A stretch of DNA of 64,000 nt from Bacteroidota bacterium. GTDB taxonomy: Bacteria > Bacteroidota > Ignavibacteria > UBA10030 > UBA6906. Made by a program: the position numbers and the translations under genes. Position 1 is the first letter of the stretch. Each line of letters opens with the position of its first letter. The stretch spans positions 109 through 64,108 of the forward strand of contig DASWHW010000050.1 in assembly GCA_036397975.1 (NCBI GenBank), read 5' to 3'. The notes under the pieces were generated by a model. The model was not told the DNA's origin. It saw nothing but the letters and a program-made list of their open reading frames with translations, and searched no databases. Below are positions 16,655 to 26,648 of the stretch, in pieces.

Positions 16655-18310
16655 TCACGTTTGAATGACACCCGGATTGAAGGAAGCCATATCCGGATTG
16701 TTGACTGCCATCGCCATACCACGGGAGACAATTGCGCGCGTGTCCAGCGGATCAACGATGCCATCCACCCAGAGCCGTGCAGCGGCATAGTATGGATTGG
16801 TTTCCCGTTCATACCGCGCCTGGATGTCGGCAAGAAGCCGTGCCTGTTCATCCGGCGTAATGTGTTTTCCCCCTTTTTCCATTTGTTGAACTTTGATGCT
16901 CAGCAATGTTTCGCTCGCTTGCTTTCCACCCATCACTGCTATTTGCGCTGTGGGCCATGCGTAAATCAAACGAGGGTCATACGCCTTCCCACACATGGCG
17001 TAGTTTCCGGCACCATAACTATTTCCCACGATGAAGGTGAACTTCGGGACAACGCTATTCGCGACGGCGTTTACCATCTTCGCGCCGTCTTTGATGATAC
17101 CTCCCTGTTCCGCCCTGCTCCCCACCATGAAACCTGTAACATCCTGGAAGAAAACCAGCGGTATCCGCTTCTGATTGCAGTTGAGAATAAAACGGGCAGC
17201 TTTGTCGGCGCTGTCGCTGTAGATCACCCCTCCGACCTGCATCTCCCCTTTCTTAGTCTTTACCACCGACCGCTGATTTGCTACAATGCCAACAGCCCAT
17301 CCATCAATTCTTGCATAGCCAGTAATAACTGATTTTCCGTACCCTTCTTTGTACTCATCCAACTCGCTGCCATCGATGATGCGAGCAAGGATTTGATACA
17401 TATCATAAGGCTTTGTTCTCTCGACGGGAAGAAGCCCATAGATTTCGTCGGGGAAAAATTTCGGTGGAATAGGTTCCGCGCGGTCAAAGAGGGCTTTGGG
17501 ACGTGCGCCAAGTTTGCTCACGATACTCCGTATTTTTGCAAGACACTCATCATCGTTGGCCATGCGATGATCGGTCACTCCGCTGATCTCGCAATGCACC
17601 ATTGCCCCGCCAAGTTCCTCGTTCTCGATCTCTTCGCCGATTGCGGCCTTCACAAGAAATGAACCTGCGAGAAAGACACTCCCCGTTCCATCAACAATAA
17701 GTGATTCATCACTCATAATGGGGAGATATGCACCTCCCGCAACGCAAGGTCCCATGATCGCAGCGATTTGAACGATCCCCATGGAACTCATCACCGCATT
17801 GTTTCTGAAGATCCGACCGAAATGTTCTTTGTCGGGAAAGATCTCGCTCTGCAACGGAAGAAATACTCCCGCGGAATCAACGAGATAAACAATAGGGAGT
17901 CTGTTCTCCATGGAGATCTCTTGCGCACGAAGATTCTTCTTGCAGGTAATTGGGAACCAGGCCCCTGCCTTCACAGTAGCGTCATTTGCGACAATAACTA
18001 CTTCACGTCCATGGACGATCCCAATCCCAAATACCGTCCCCGATGAAGGCGCCCCTCCTTCTTCCTCGTACATTTCATATCCTGCAAAGAGACCAACTTC
18101 AACAAAACTGCTTCCTGGATCAATCAACTTTTCGATTCTCTCACGTGCTCCAAGCTTTTTCTGCTTGTGAAGCTTTTCTATCCGTTCCTTTCCGCCTCCC
18201 AGTTTGGTGTGCTTACCCGTACTGCGGAGATGTTCCACCATTTCAGAAAGACGTTCCTGATTTTTCTCGAATGCAGCGGTCTTTTGAATCTTTGAACCGA
18301 TAAGAGTCAT
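16655..18310 (-). CDS. Acyl-CoA carboxylase carboxyltransferase subunit (PccB/MmdA/MCC-beta family)
   Basis: 551 aa; two crotonase-like CT halves; typical N-terminus with coiled region then VVIVANDATVKAGAW. Confidence 0.85.
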   Translation of the reverse strand: MTLIGSKIQKTAAFEKNQERLSEMVEHLRSTGKHTKLGGGKERIEKLHKQKKLGARERIEKLIDPGSSFVEVGLFAGYEMYEEEGGAPSSGTVFGIGIVHGREVVIVANDATVKAGAWFPITCKKNLRAQEISMENRLPIVYLVDSAGVFLPLQSEIFPDKEHFGRIFRNNAVMSSMGIVQIAAIMGPCVAGGAYLPIMSDESLIVDGTGSVFLAGSFLVKAAIGEEIENEELGGAMVHCEISGVTDHRMANDDECLAKIRSIVSKLGARPKALFDRAEPIPPKFFPDEIYGLLPVERTKPYDMYQILARIIDGSELDEYKEGYGKSVITGYARIDGWAVGIVANQRSVVKTKKGEMQVGGVIYSDSADKAARFILNCNQKRIPLVFFQDVTGFMVGSRAEQGGIIKDGAKMVNAVANSVVPKFTFIVGNSYGAGNYAMCGKAYDPRLIYAWPTAQIAVMGGKQASETLLSIKVQQMEKGGKHITPDEQARLLADIQARYERETNPYYAAARLWVDGIVDPLDTRAIVSRGMAMAVNNPDMASFNPGVIQT

Positions 18311-18331
18311 AGGATAGCGGTTGTTCTTGTT

Positions 18332-19504
18332 CTAATCGAGGAGTAAATTTCTGGCGATGACCATTTTCTGGACTTCGGAGGTACCTTCACCAATGGTCAT
18401 GAGTTTCACATCCCGATAGAGCTTTTCTACAGGAAACTCCTTGATAAAACCATAGCCTCCATGAATCTGTATGGCATCATTCGTTGCGCGAACAGCTGCC
18501 TCGCTCGCAAAGTACTTTGCCTGTGCCGCCACAAGATTGATATCTTTGCCTGTGGTTTTCAGCCATGCTGCTTTCTGCGTAAGCAAACGTGCCGCATCGA
18601 TTTCCGTGGCCATATCAGCAAGTTTCCATTGAATTGCTTGGAATTCGCTGAGTGACCTTCCAAATTGTATTCTCTCGCGTGCATATTTGAGGCTGGCGTC
18701 TAATGCGCCTTGGGCAATACCCACAGAAAGAGCCGCAATACCAACTCTCCCTCCATCAAGAACTGCCAAAGCCTGCTTAAATCCATCTCCCACCTCGCCG
18801 ATAAGATTCTCGCCTGGCACTCTGACGTTCTCAAAGATCAGCGTGGCGGTGTCGCTACAACGCATGCCCAGCTTGTTTTCCTTTTTCCCGATAGTGAAAC
18901 CTTTCATCCCCTTTTCGAGAATGAAAGCAGAGATGCTTGACTTTCCTTTATCGCGATCGGTCATTGCCATCACCACATACGTCGACCCAACAGAGCCTTG
19001 CGTAATAAATGTCTTGCCCCCATCGATGATCCAGTCCTTGCCATCGCGCTTGGCAAAAGTTTTCATAGCGCCGGAGTCACTACCCGATCCCGGTTCCGTT
19101 AATCCCCACGCCCCCAACTTTCTGCCGGACGCCAAGTCCGGAACATATTTCTTCTTCTGTTCCTCGCTGGCAAATGCCATTATGTGGCCAGTGCAGAGGC
19201 TGTTGTGTGACGCAACGGTGAGAGCAACAGATGGATCGACTTTGGCAATCTCCTCAATAATCACTATGCTTTCGAGGTCCGTAAGCCCTGCGCCCTCAAG
19301 TTCTTCCGGCCATGTAATTCCCAAAAATCCGAGAGCTGCAAGTTTTTGGACAATCGCTGCCGGAAATTCCTGTGACTCGTCGAATTGCATAACCGTTGGA
19401 CGCATTTCTTTTTCAGCAAAATTGCGTGCAAGTTCTTCGACCGCCTTCTGACTTTCGGTCATTTCAAACACAAGACTTTCCGGTGCGGTGGTGTCTGTAC
19501 CCAT
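18332..19504 (-). CDS. Acyl-CoA dehydrogenase (short/branched-chain type)
   Basis: 390 aa; ACAD N/M/C domains; GLTEPGSGSD and catalytic-base region IGEGTSEVQ. Confidence 0.85.
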   Translation of the reverse strand: MGTDTTAPESLVFEMTESQKAVEELARNFAEKEMRPTVMQFDESQEFPAAIVQKLAALGFLGITWPEELEGAGLTDLESIVIIEEIAKVDPSVALTVASHNSLCTGHIMAFASEEQKKKYVPDLASGRKLGAWGLTEPGSGSDSGAMKTFAKRDGKDWIIDGGKTFITQGSVGSTYVVMAMTDRDKGKSSISAFILEKGMKGFTIGKKENKLGMRCSDTATLIFENVRVPGENLIGEVGDGFKQALAVLDGGRVGIAALSVGIAQGALDASLKYARERIQFGRSLSEFQAIQWKLADMATEIDAARLLTQKAAWLKTTGKDINLVAAQAKYFASEAAVRATNDAIQIHGGYGFIKEFPVEKLYRDVKLMTIGEGTSEVQKMVIARNLLLD

Positions 19505-19555
19505 AGAAATTCTCCTAAGATTGACGCGTGCCGTCGATTCCGGTCCGCAGGTATA

Positions 19556-20503
19556 TTACATTGTACGAAAGTGTTCTATTAATTCCTCAGCAACATCATA
19601 TGGAGTGATGCTGAACTTCATCACTTCAGCAATCTTCGTCTCCAAAAGATTGCTTCTTGCGTGATCCCAAAAATCAACTTTGAGGCGGTCCGCCACGAGA
19701 GTACGAATTCGATCCTCAAGTCTTTTTTGCCGCTTTTTGGTAAGGCGTTCATTCCGCGAGAGGAATTCTCTGTGTTGGCGGATCTTATCGGCAATGGATT
19801 CGATTCCCTTTCCTTCACTCGCGACAACCTTTAGCACATCGGAGGACCACTCGGATTGTTCCTTGAATGAAAGAATCATTTTTATGGACATCACGGCTTG
19901 CTCGGCTCCCGCCCGATCTGCCTTGTTCAGAACAAAGAAATCCGCGATCTCCATTAACCCGGCCTTCATCGCCTGGATAGAGTCGCCGGATTCAGGAACC
20001 AGAACAACGATGGTCGTATCTGCCGCACCGGCAATATCCAGTTCGGATTGTCCGACGCCAACTGTTTCCATAATGACGATGTTCTTCCCCGCAGCATCAA
20101 GGACATCAACCGCTTCGATTGCTTTTTTGCTCAAACCACCGAGACTCCCGCGGGACGCCATGCTTCGAATGAATACTCCGTTATCCAACTCCACATCCGT
20201 CATCCGGACTCGGTCCCCGAGAAGCGCACCACCGCTGAAGGGGCTTGTCGGATCAACCGCAATAATGCCGACATTGAGCCCCTCCTCTCGATAAAGTTGA
20301 GCGAGTTTATTGGTGATGGTGCTCTTGCCTGCACCGGGAGGTCCGGTAATCCCTATCCGATAAGCCCAACCCGTCCGTGAAAATACTTGTTGCAACAACG
20401 CCTGCGATTCAGGTGATTCGTTCTCGACCGATGAAATCGCACGGGAGATCGCGAGCCGATCCCCTTCAAACAGTTTTTCGATATCGAGTGTTCGCTTAGC
20501 CAT
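19556..20503 (-). CDS. meaB: Methylmalonyl-CoA mutase-associated GTPase MeaB/ArgK
   Basis: P-loop GITGPPGAGKST; start taken at MAKRT (ATG 20503) rather than the track's 20590 to limit overlap with the upstream epimerase. Confidence 0.8.
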   Translation of the reverse strand: MAKRTLDIEKLFEGDRLAISRAISSVENESPESQALLQQVFSRTGWAYRIGITGPPGAGKSTITNKLAQLYREEGLNVGIIAVDPTSPFSGGALLGDRVRMTDVELDNGVFIRSMASRGSLGGLSKKAIEAVDVLDAAGKNIVIMETVGVGQSELDIAGAADTTIVVLVPESGDSIQAMKAGLMEIADFFVLNKADRAGAEQAVMSIKMILSFKEQSEWSSDVLKVVASEGKGIESIADKIRQHREFLSRNERLTKKRQKRLEDRIRTLVADRLKVDFWDHARSNLLETKIAEVMKFSITPYDVAEELIEHFRTM

Positions 20504-21428
20504 TCCCCCTCGGTGTCCGGAAGAATTCGACTGTCTTTGCGAGACCATCGGACAAGGAAACGCTCTGCTTCCATCCAAGTTGACTTGCAATTTTCTCGTT
20601 GCTCAACACGCTTCTCCGCTGCTCTCCTGCTTTCGCAGGACCATGCTCTTCCCCTGCGGGTGACCTGGTGAGCTTCTTCACATGCTGGAACAATTCGTTG
20701 ACATTCGTTTCGATCCCCGTCCCTACATTAAACGCATCACTCGTTGAACAACCGAGGGCGAGAACGTTCGCTTGTACCACATCGGCAATGAATACGTAGT
20801 CTCGTGTCTGAGAGCCATCTCCATTCACGATGGGTTCTTCACCCCCAAGCATTTTCGATGCAAAAATTGCAATAACGCCAGCTTCACCCTTTGGGTTTTG
20901 TCGGGGCCCGTACACATTTCCATAACGCAGACACACCGACTTTATCTGATGGACCACATCGTAGTAGTGTAGGTAGTTCTCTGTTGTCAGTTTTGCAACG
21001 CCGTAGGGGGAAATCGGGTGGAGAGGATGCTTTTCATCGGCGGGGAAATATTCCTGCTCTCCGTAAATCGCTCCTCCGCTGGAAGCAAAAACAACCTTGC
21101 GCACGCCATAGCGTACGCAGCACTCCAGCAAATGCAACATGCCAATAACGTTTACTGATGCATCAAATGCAGGATCGGTGACCGACCGTCGGACATCCAT
21201 TTGTGCGGCCTGATGATTGAGGACATCAAACTGCTCGCTTTTGAAAAGATCTTCGACAGACCGGTCATCTCGGATGTCCAGCTCCACGAATTGTGCCGAC
21301 GGGTTCAGGTTCTCCCGCAGTCCTGTACTAAGATCATCGGCGATGACAACGCGATGGCCTGCTGCAATGTACGCGTCAACAATGTGCGAACCGATAAATC
21401 CGGCTCCGCCGGTTACTAAGATGTTCAC
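20496..21428 (-). CDS. NAD-dependent epimerase/dehydratase (UDP-glucose 4-epimerase-like SDR)
   Basis: 310 aa; Rossmann motif VTGGAGFIGSH; YxxxK active site (PYGVAK); GTG start. Confidence 0.85.
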   Translation of the reverse strand: MNILVTGGAGFIGSHIVDAYIAAGHRVVIADDLSTGLRENLNPSAQFVELDIRDDRSVEDLFKSEQFDVLNHQAAQMDVRRSVTDPAFDASVNVIGMLHLLECCVRYGVRKVVFASSGGAIYGEQEYFPADEKHPLHPISPYGVAKLTTENYLHYYDVVHQIKSVCLRYGNVYGPRQNPKGEAGVIAIFASKMLGGEEPIVNGDGSQTRDYVFIADVVQANVLALGCSTSDAFNVGTGIETNVNELFQHVKKLTRSPAGEEHGPAKAGEQRRSVLSNEKIASQLGWKQSVSLSDGLAKTVEFFRTPRGNG

Positions 21429-21511
21429 GCGAGTTTCGTCCTTTCAAAGGCTAAATAAAAATAAGCTCGCGGCCGTATTTTTCAAAAAAAAACAGTCCTC
21501 GGTTTTGATGG

Positions 21512-22786
21512 TCAACCAATCGCCCTCCTCGCAATGTCCCGCCGATAATGCATGCCGTCGAATTGAATTCTGGAAATAGCTTCATAAACCTTGCTCACCG
21601 CTTCTTTCAGATTTCCGTCTCCGTCAATGGAAGTGACGCCGAGAACGCGCCCTCCGTCGGACACAAGGTGCCCGTTTTCCAGTCTTGTTCCGGCGTGAAA
21701 CACCTGACTGAGCATCTCAGCTTCATCAACACCGGTAATCTGCTTGCCAGTTTCATACCGGTCGGGATAGCCACCAGATGCAGCTACTACACAGACAGCC
21801 GCTCCTTCAATGTCCATTGCCAAATTGTGCCCCAGCGTCCCCTTACAAGTCTTGAGAAGCAAATCAACCAAATCTCCATTGAGTAGAGGGAGAACCACCT
21901 GCGTTTCAGGATCGCCAAAGCGACAGTTGTACTCAACGACTTTCGGACCTTCGGAGGTTACCATGATACCAACATACAAACAGCCGGTGTACAGCCGTTC
22001 TTCTTCCCTCATCCCATGGATGGTGGGTTCAATTATTTGGTTCTGAATTACTGCGAGCAATTTTGCCGTAACGACGGGTGCTGGCGCGTGCGCACCCATG
22101 CCTCCCGTGTTTTTTCCCTCATCATTATCAAACACGCGCTTATGATCTTGGGCCGGCGCCAGAGTCACGTAGTGCTGACCGTCGGTCAGTACAAAAATAG
22201 AAGCCTCTTCGCCTTCCATGAATTCCTCGATCACAACCGACTTCCCTGCTTCCCCAAATGAGGACCCGTCAAACATTGTATCAAGGATTCGCGTCGCTTC
22301 GTTCGTCTCTCGACAAATAACAACTCCTTTACCGGCAGCCAAGCCATCCGCCTTAAGGACGCACAGGCCGTTGATCGAATCTAGATAGTCTTTCGCTGCA
22401 CGCTTCTTACTGAACTCAAACACTTCATACCCGGCGGTCGGAATGCCATGTCGCTTCATGAAGTTCTTGGCAAACCCTTTGCTCCACTCCAGTTCGGCCG
22501 CTTCTCTCGTCGGACCAAAGATCATTTGCCCCGTTGAACGGAACCTATCGACAATTCCTTCGGCGAGAGGTTGTTCTGGACCAACCACAGTCAGGTAAAT
22601 ATCCTTCTCTTGAACGAAACCGAGGAGAGCTTCGATGTCTGTCGGTTTGATCGGAATACACTCTGCGATCTTCGAGATGCCTGCATTCCCCGGAGCACAG
22701 TAGACTTTTTCCACTAGGGAACTCTGACGGATCTTCCACACGAGTGCATGTTCTCGTCCGCCAGAACCGATGACAAGGACATTCAT
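21512..22786 (-). CDS. purD: Phosphoribosylamine--glycine ligase
   Basis: 424 aa; N-terminus MNVLVIGSGGREHAL; ATP-grasp fold. Confidence 0.9.
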   Translation of the reverse strand: MNVLVIGSGGREHALVWKIRQSSLVEKVYCAPGNAGISKIAECIPIKPTDIEALLGFVQEKDIYLTVVGPEQPLAEGIVDRFRSTGQMIFGPTREAAELEWSKGFAKNFMKRHGIPTAGYEVFEFSKKRAAKDYLDSINGLCVLKADGLAAGKGVVICRETNEATRILDTMFDGSSFGEAGKSVVIEEFMEGEEASIFVLTDGQHYVTLAPAQDHKRVFDNDEGKNTGGMGAHAPAPVVTAKLLAVIQNQIIEPTIHGMREEERLYTGCLYVGIMVTSEGPKVVEYNCRFGDPETQVVLPLLNGDLVDLLLKTCKGTLGHNLAMDIEGAAVCVVAASGGYPDRYETGKQITGVDEAEMLSQVFHAGTRLENGHLVSDGGRVLGVTSIDGDGNLKEAVSKVYEAISRIQFDGMHYRRDIARRAIG

Positions 22787-24064
22787 TCAGTGATCCATGA
22801 GAGATTCAAACAACTTTACAAGATTTCCAGTGAGCTGAATTCGGTTGTACCGATCTATGACGTCTTTTGAGGGATATTCGAGCTTTCTTTTCTGAAACTT
22901 GTCATACAACTCTATGATCGCTTGTTTTATTCCGTGCACATCTTTCGGCGCAACAACCACACCTCCTGCCTCGAGAATGGTGGTTTTGAGAAAACCATCC
23001 GGAACGCATCCCAGAATTGGTTTCCCTGCACCGATATATTCGTACACTTTTCCCGGCGAGCCGAGGTCGTCACCGACAATCATCCAGAGGACATCCGAAT
23101 CAATCAATTCTTGCACACATGCACGGTGAGAAAGATACCCCGCGACGATCACGGCTTCTTCCAATTGAAGCTCACGAACACGATCCATATTCTCGTCGCG
23201 AAAATGTCCGATGAATCGAGCCTCTATGTTCCCACGAATATCTTCGCGCTCGATGAAAACATCATGTAAGGCCTGAAGGAAGTAGTCCGGAACGCGATCC
23301 TCCCAAAAGATACCGGCATATGTTATTCTCATCTTTCCGGGTTCCCTTTTTGCCGGTTTCGTTAACGAGGCGAAATCCTCCGGATCAAATCCCTGGGGAA
23401 TAATGTCGATATCGTGATGGGTGAGGAACTGATGTCGCTGGATGAGAAGCTCCTTGACCCGTCGATTGGTGGTGACGACATGGCTGCTTGCACGAAGCGC
23501 GCGGCGTTCCAGGACAATATTTCTCCATTTGTGAAGTGGCGTCGGATAAAACTTAAAAGGATACTCAATCCACGGATCACGATAGTCAAAAACCAATGGA
23601 AGCGATGTGTATTTTTTTAGCACCTGACCGATGAGAAAATCGGTGAAAGGCGGAGCCGTTGCAAAGAGAAGGTCAAACGGTGTTTCACCATGCAGTTCCA
23701 TTCCTTTTGCCACGGCCTGATGCTTCCAACCGATCTTGTTGTCTGGGATGAAGAGCGTATCGCTCACTCTGCTCAGGAACTTCCGTGTGCGTTCAGATGG
23801 CAGTTTGACCTCTTTCTTTGCAAAGAGTTTGCCAGGTCCCGCCGCCGCTGTTCTGGCAATGCGAACATCACGTGACGTAAGATCTTCCAGCAGCGACTCG
23901 TCATGAGCGACATATCCTATCGGATCAACGGTAAGAACTGTCGGTTTCCAACCAAACTGTGGAAGGTACTTCACAAACTTAAGCGTACGCTGAACACCGC
24001 TCAAACCGAGTGGTGGAAAGTAATATGCTATGACCAGAACGCGGCGGGATTCGGGTGTTTGCAC
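22787..24064 (-). CDS. Glycosyltransferase, GT-B fold (family 4-like)
   Basis: 425 aa; N-terminus VLVIAYYFPPLGLSGVQR typical of GT4; stop abuts the purD start. Confidence 0.75.
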   Translation of the reverse strand: MQTPESRRVLVIAYYFPPLGLSGVQRTLKFVKYLPQFGWKPTVLTVDPIGYVAHDESLLEDLTSRDVRIARTAAAGPGKLFAKKEVKLPSERTRKFLSRVSDTLFIPDNKIGWKHQAVAKGMELHGETPFDLLFATAPPFTDFLIGQVLKKYTSLPLVFDYRDPWIEYPFKFYPTPLHKWRNIVLERRALRASSHVVTTNRRVKELLIQRHQFLTHHDIDIIPQGFDPEDFASLTKPAKREPGKMRITYAGIFWEDRVPDYFLQALHDVFIEREDIRGNIEARFIGHFRDENMDRVRELQLEEAVIVAGYLSHRACVQELIDSDVLWMIVGDDLGSPGKVYEYIGAGKPILGCVPDGFLKTTILEAGGVVVAPKDVHGIKQAIIELYDKFQKRKLEYPSKDVIDRYNRIQLTGNLVKLFESLMDH

Positions 24065-24076
24065 AGTCGAAAAAAG

Positions 24077-25147
24077 TTAGAGTATGATTAATTCTTTCGA
24101 GGAACGAGTAAGAACATCGCAACCTCGCTTCGTAACAACAACATCATCCTCAATTCTCACTCCACCAAGATTCGGGACGTACACCCCAGGTTCAATTGTG
24201 ATAACGCACCCCTGCACTAACGTATCCCGGCTGAGCAATGATACGCGGGGCGCCTCGTGAACATCCAGGCCAAGGCCGTGTCCAAGGGAATGGACGAAGT
24301 GTCGCCCCCATCCGCCATTGTTGATTGTCTCCCGCGCTACCGCGTCCAGTTCCCTCGCCTCCATGTTCGATCGCGTGGCGTGGATCGCGTGTTCCTGGGC
24401 CTTGCGAACGAGGTTGTAGATCTCTTTCATCTTGCGAGAAACGTTTTCGACGAATACTGTTCGCGTAAGATCGGAATGATATCCCTCAACCACGCAACCA
24501 AAGTCGAGAATAATTCCCTCCCCGGCTTTTACCTTTTTCCTTGAAGCCCGCGCATGTGGCAACGCACTCCGAATACCGCTGGCCACGATGGGATCAAACG
24601 CATCCTTTTCCGCCCCATACCGCCGTTGACGGTACGAGATCTCTGCGGAGAGGTCGAGCTCGCTCACTCCTGGTCGGATCAATTTGAGGATCTCTTTGAA
24701 AACGCGTTCTGTGATCGCAACTGCACTTCTTATGCGGGCGATCTCCGACACGGATTTGGCGATGCCCAATTGCTCGACAATCCCCTCAGTCGCAATCAGC
24801 GCTTGTTCACCGAACTGACGTTTGTATGATCGATAGCGCGCATAGTCAAGATGGGAACTCTCAAATCCAAGTCGCCGACAACGGGCAAGAAGTTTTTGCC
24901 GAACGGCCTCCCCAGCCAGCGAATCGGCAGTGATGAATCGCTTCCATCCTCTGACCTCAGCCCGAGACTGAATGGCATATCTCGGGTCGGTGACAAAGTA
25001 CTGGCCCTTCGTGGTAACGATACATAGTGCATTGGAACCGGTGAAGCCTGTCAGGTAGCGAATATTCCGGAGTGAGGTCACCAGAAGAGCATCCAGCCGA
25101 AGTCGTGATAATTCCTTTCGAAGGGCGGTGGTACGGCGTGATCTCAT
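24077..25147 (-). CDS. M24-family Xaa-Pro aminopeptidase/prolidase
   Basis: 356 aa; creatinase-like N-domain; metal ligands in HSLGHGLGLDVHE. Confidence 0.85.
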   Translation of the reverse strand: MRSRRTTALRKELSRLRLDALLVTSLRNIRYLTGFTGSNALCIVTTKGQYFVTDPRYAIQSRAEVRGWKRFITADSLAGEAVRQKLLARCRRLGFESSHLDYARYRSYKRQFGEQALIATEGIVEQLGIAKSVSEIARIRSAVAITERVFKEILKLIRPGVSELDLSAEISYRQRRYGAEKDAFDPIVASGIRSALPHARASRKKVKAGEGIILDFGCVVEGYHSDLTRTVFVENVSRKMKEIYNLVRKAQEHAIHATRSNMEARELDAVARETINNGGWGRHFVHSLGHGLGLDVHEAPRVSLLSRDTLVQGCVITIEPGVYVPNLGGVRIEDDVVVTKRGCDVLTRSSKELIIL

Positions 25148-25158
25148 TGCTCCATTGG

Positions 25159-26625
25159 CTAGAGGTGATAGTTCGGAGCTTCTTTAGTGATCGAAATATC
25201 ATGGGGGTGACTTTCCGATAATCCCGCGCCGCTCATTTTCATGAAACGACCGTGCGATCGTAATTCACTGATCGTTCTTGCCCCGCAATATCCCATCGCT
25301 GCCCGCAACCCACCCACCATTTGGAATGCTGTATCGCCGAGCGGTCCCTTGTATGGAACGCGCCCCTCAATTCCCTCGGGGACAAGTTTCTGAATGTCCT
25401 CCTCCGCATCCTGAAAATACCGATCCTTGCTGCCGCTTCTCATTGCTTCGACCGAGCCCATCCCTCTGTACACTTTGTAGCTTCTCCCCTCATAGAGCAC
25501 CTTTTCACCAGGGCTTTCATCGACTCCTGCAAAAAGACCTCCGATCATCACGGAATCCGCACCGGCGGCAATTGCTTTCGCGATATCTCCTGTTTGTTTG
25601 ATACCACCATCGGCGATCAGAGGAATATTATTTCTGGAAGTTGCTTTTGCGCAATCCATGATTGCAGTGATTTGAGGAACCCCAACCCCGGTAACAACAC
25701 GCGTGGTACAGATCGAGCCAGGACCGATTCCAACTTTGATTGCATCGACGCCCGCCCGGATCAGGTCACGCGCACCCACTTCGGTACCGACATTCCCTGC
25801 AATGAGTTCAAGTCGGGAGAATTTTTTCCGGACTCTCTTCACCATCTCGATAACTCCCCGCGAATGCCCGTGAGCCGTGTCGATGATAAGAAAATCCACT
25901 TCGGCGCGGATGAGGGCGTCCGCGCGTTCGAGCGTATCAGCCGTTACACCGATTGCAGCACCGACGCGAAGGCGTCCGTGTTCATCTTTGCAGGCATACG
26001 GATGTTTCTTTTTCTTCTGAATATCTTTGAAGGTAATAAGTCCACGGAGTACTCCGTTCTTGTCGACAACAGGAAGTTTCTCAATTTTGTGTTTCTGGAG
26101 AATTTTTTCGGCTTGCTCCAACTTTGTACCAAGTGGAGCGGTGACGAGATTTTCCTTCGTCATGATTTCCTCAACCGATTGCTCGCGATCGGGTTCGAAC
26201 CGGAGATCACGGTTCGTAATGATCCCGATCAACTTTCCGTTTTCATCAACGACAGGGATTCCCGAAATCTTGTATTTCACCATGAGCTTCAAAACATCGT
26301 CGACGAGTTGATTGGCATTTGCCGTCACTGGATTCAAGATCATTCCGCTTTCCGATCTCTTCACCCGGTCTACCTCTTCAACTTGCCGTTGTATCGTCAT
26401 GTTCTTATGCAAAACGCCGATGCCACCCTCACGGGCCATTGCAACCGCCATGTCGGACTCGGTGACAGAGTCCATCGCGGCACTGATCAGAGGAATATTC
26501 AGCGTGATCGTATGCGTGAGCCGTGTTCGGATATCCACGTCACGCGGAAGAACAGCAGATTTTGCAGGGACGAGCAGGACGTCGTCGAAGGTAAGAGCCT
26601 CACCAAGTATTTTCTTTTTCGGCAC
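25159..26625 (-). CDS. guaB: Inosine-5'-monophosphate dehydrogenase
   Basis: 488 aa; TIM barrel with inserted CBS pair; catalytic loop [11 protein letters not shown]. Confidence 0.92.
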   Translation of the reverse strand: MPKKKILGEALTFDDVLLVPAKSAVLPRDVDIRTRLTHTITLNIPLISAAMDSVTESDMAVAMAREGGIGVLHKNMTIQRQVEEVDRVKRSESGMILNPVTANANQLVDDVLKLMVKYKISGIPVVDENGKLIGIITNRDLRFEPDREQSVEEIMTKENLVTAPLGTKLEQAEKILQKHKIEKLPVVDKNGVLRGLITFKDIQKKKKHPYACKDEHGRLRVGAAIGVTADTLERADALIRAEVDFLIIDTAHGHSRGVIEMVKRVRKKFSRLELIAGNVGTEVGARDLIRAGVDAIKVGIGPGSICTTRVVTGVGVPQITAIMDCAKATSRNNIPLIADGGIKQTGDIAKAIAAGADSVMIGGLFAGVDESPGEKVLYEGRSYKVYRGMGSVEAMRSGSKDRYFQDAEEDIQKLVPEGIEGRVPYKGPLGDTAFQMVGGLRAAMGYCGARTISELRSHGRFMKMSGAGLSESHPHDISITKEAPNYHL

Positions 26626-26648
26626 TGGGCTTGGGACTTGTTGGAAAA

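Noticed and set aside
16645-16851. Longer N-terminus of the secreted hypothetical (track start 16851)
   Set aside because: It overlaps the upstream carboxyltransferase by ~200 nt with no internal ATG. The GTG at 16644 yields a proper signal peptide directly after the upstream stop.
18687-19451. 254-aa and other long antisense ORFs (also 19680..20294, 42576..43274, 7757..8509, 52628..53119)
   Set aside because: Each is fully nested antisense to a confidently identified gene (ACAD, meaB, uvrA, the NTP-transferase fusion, birA). Their compositions are biased and they have no ribosome-binding sites or recognisable domains.
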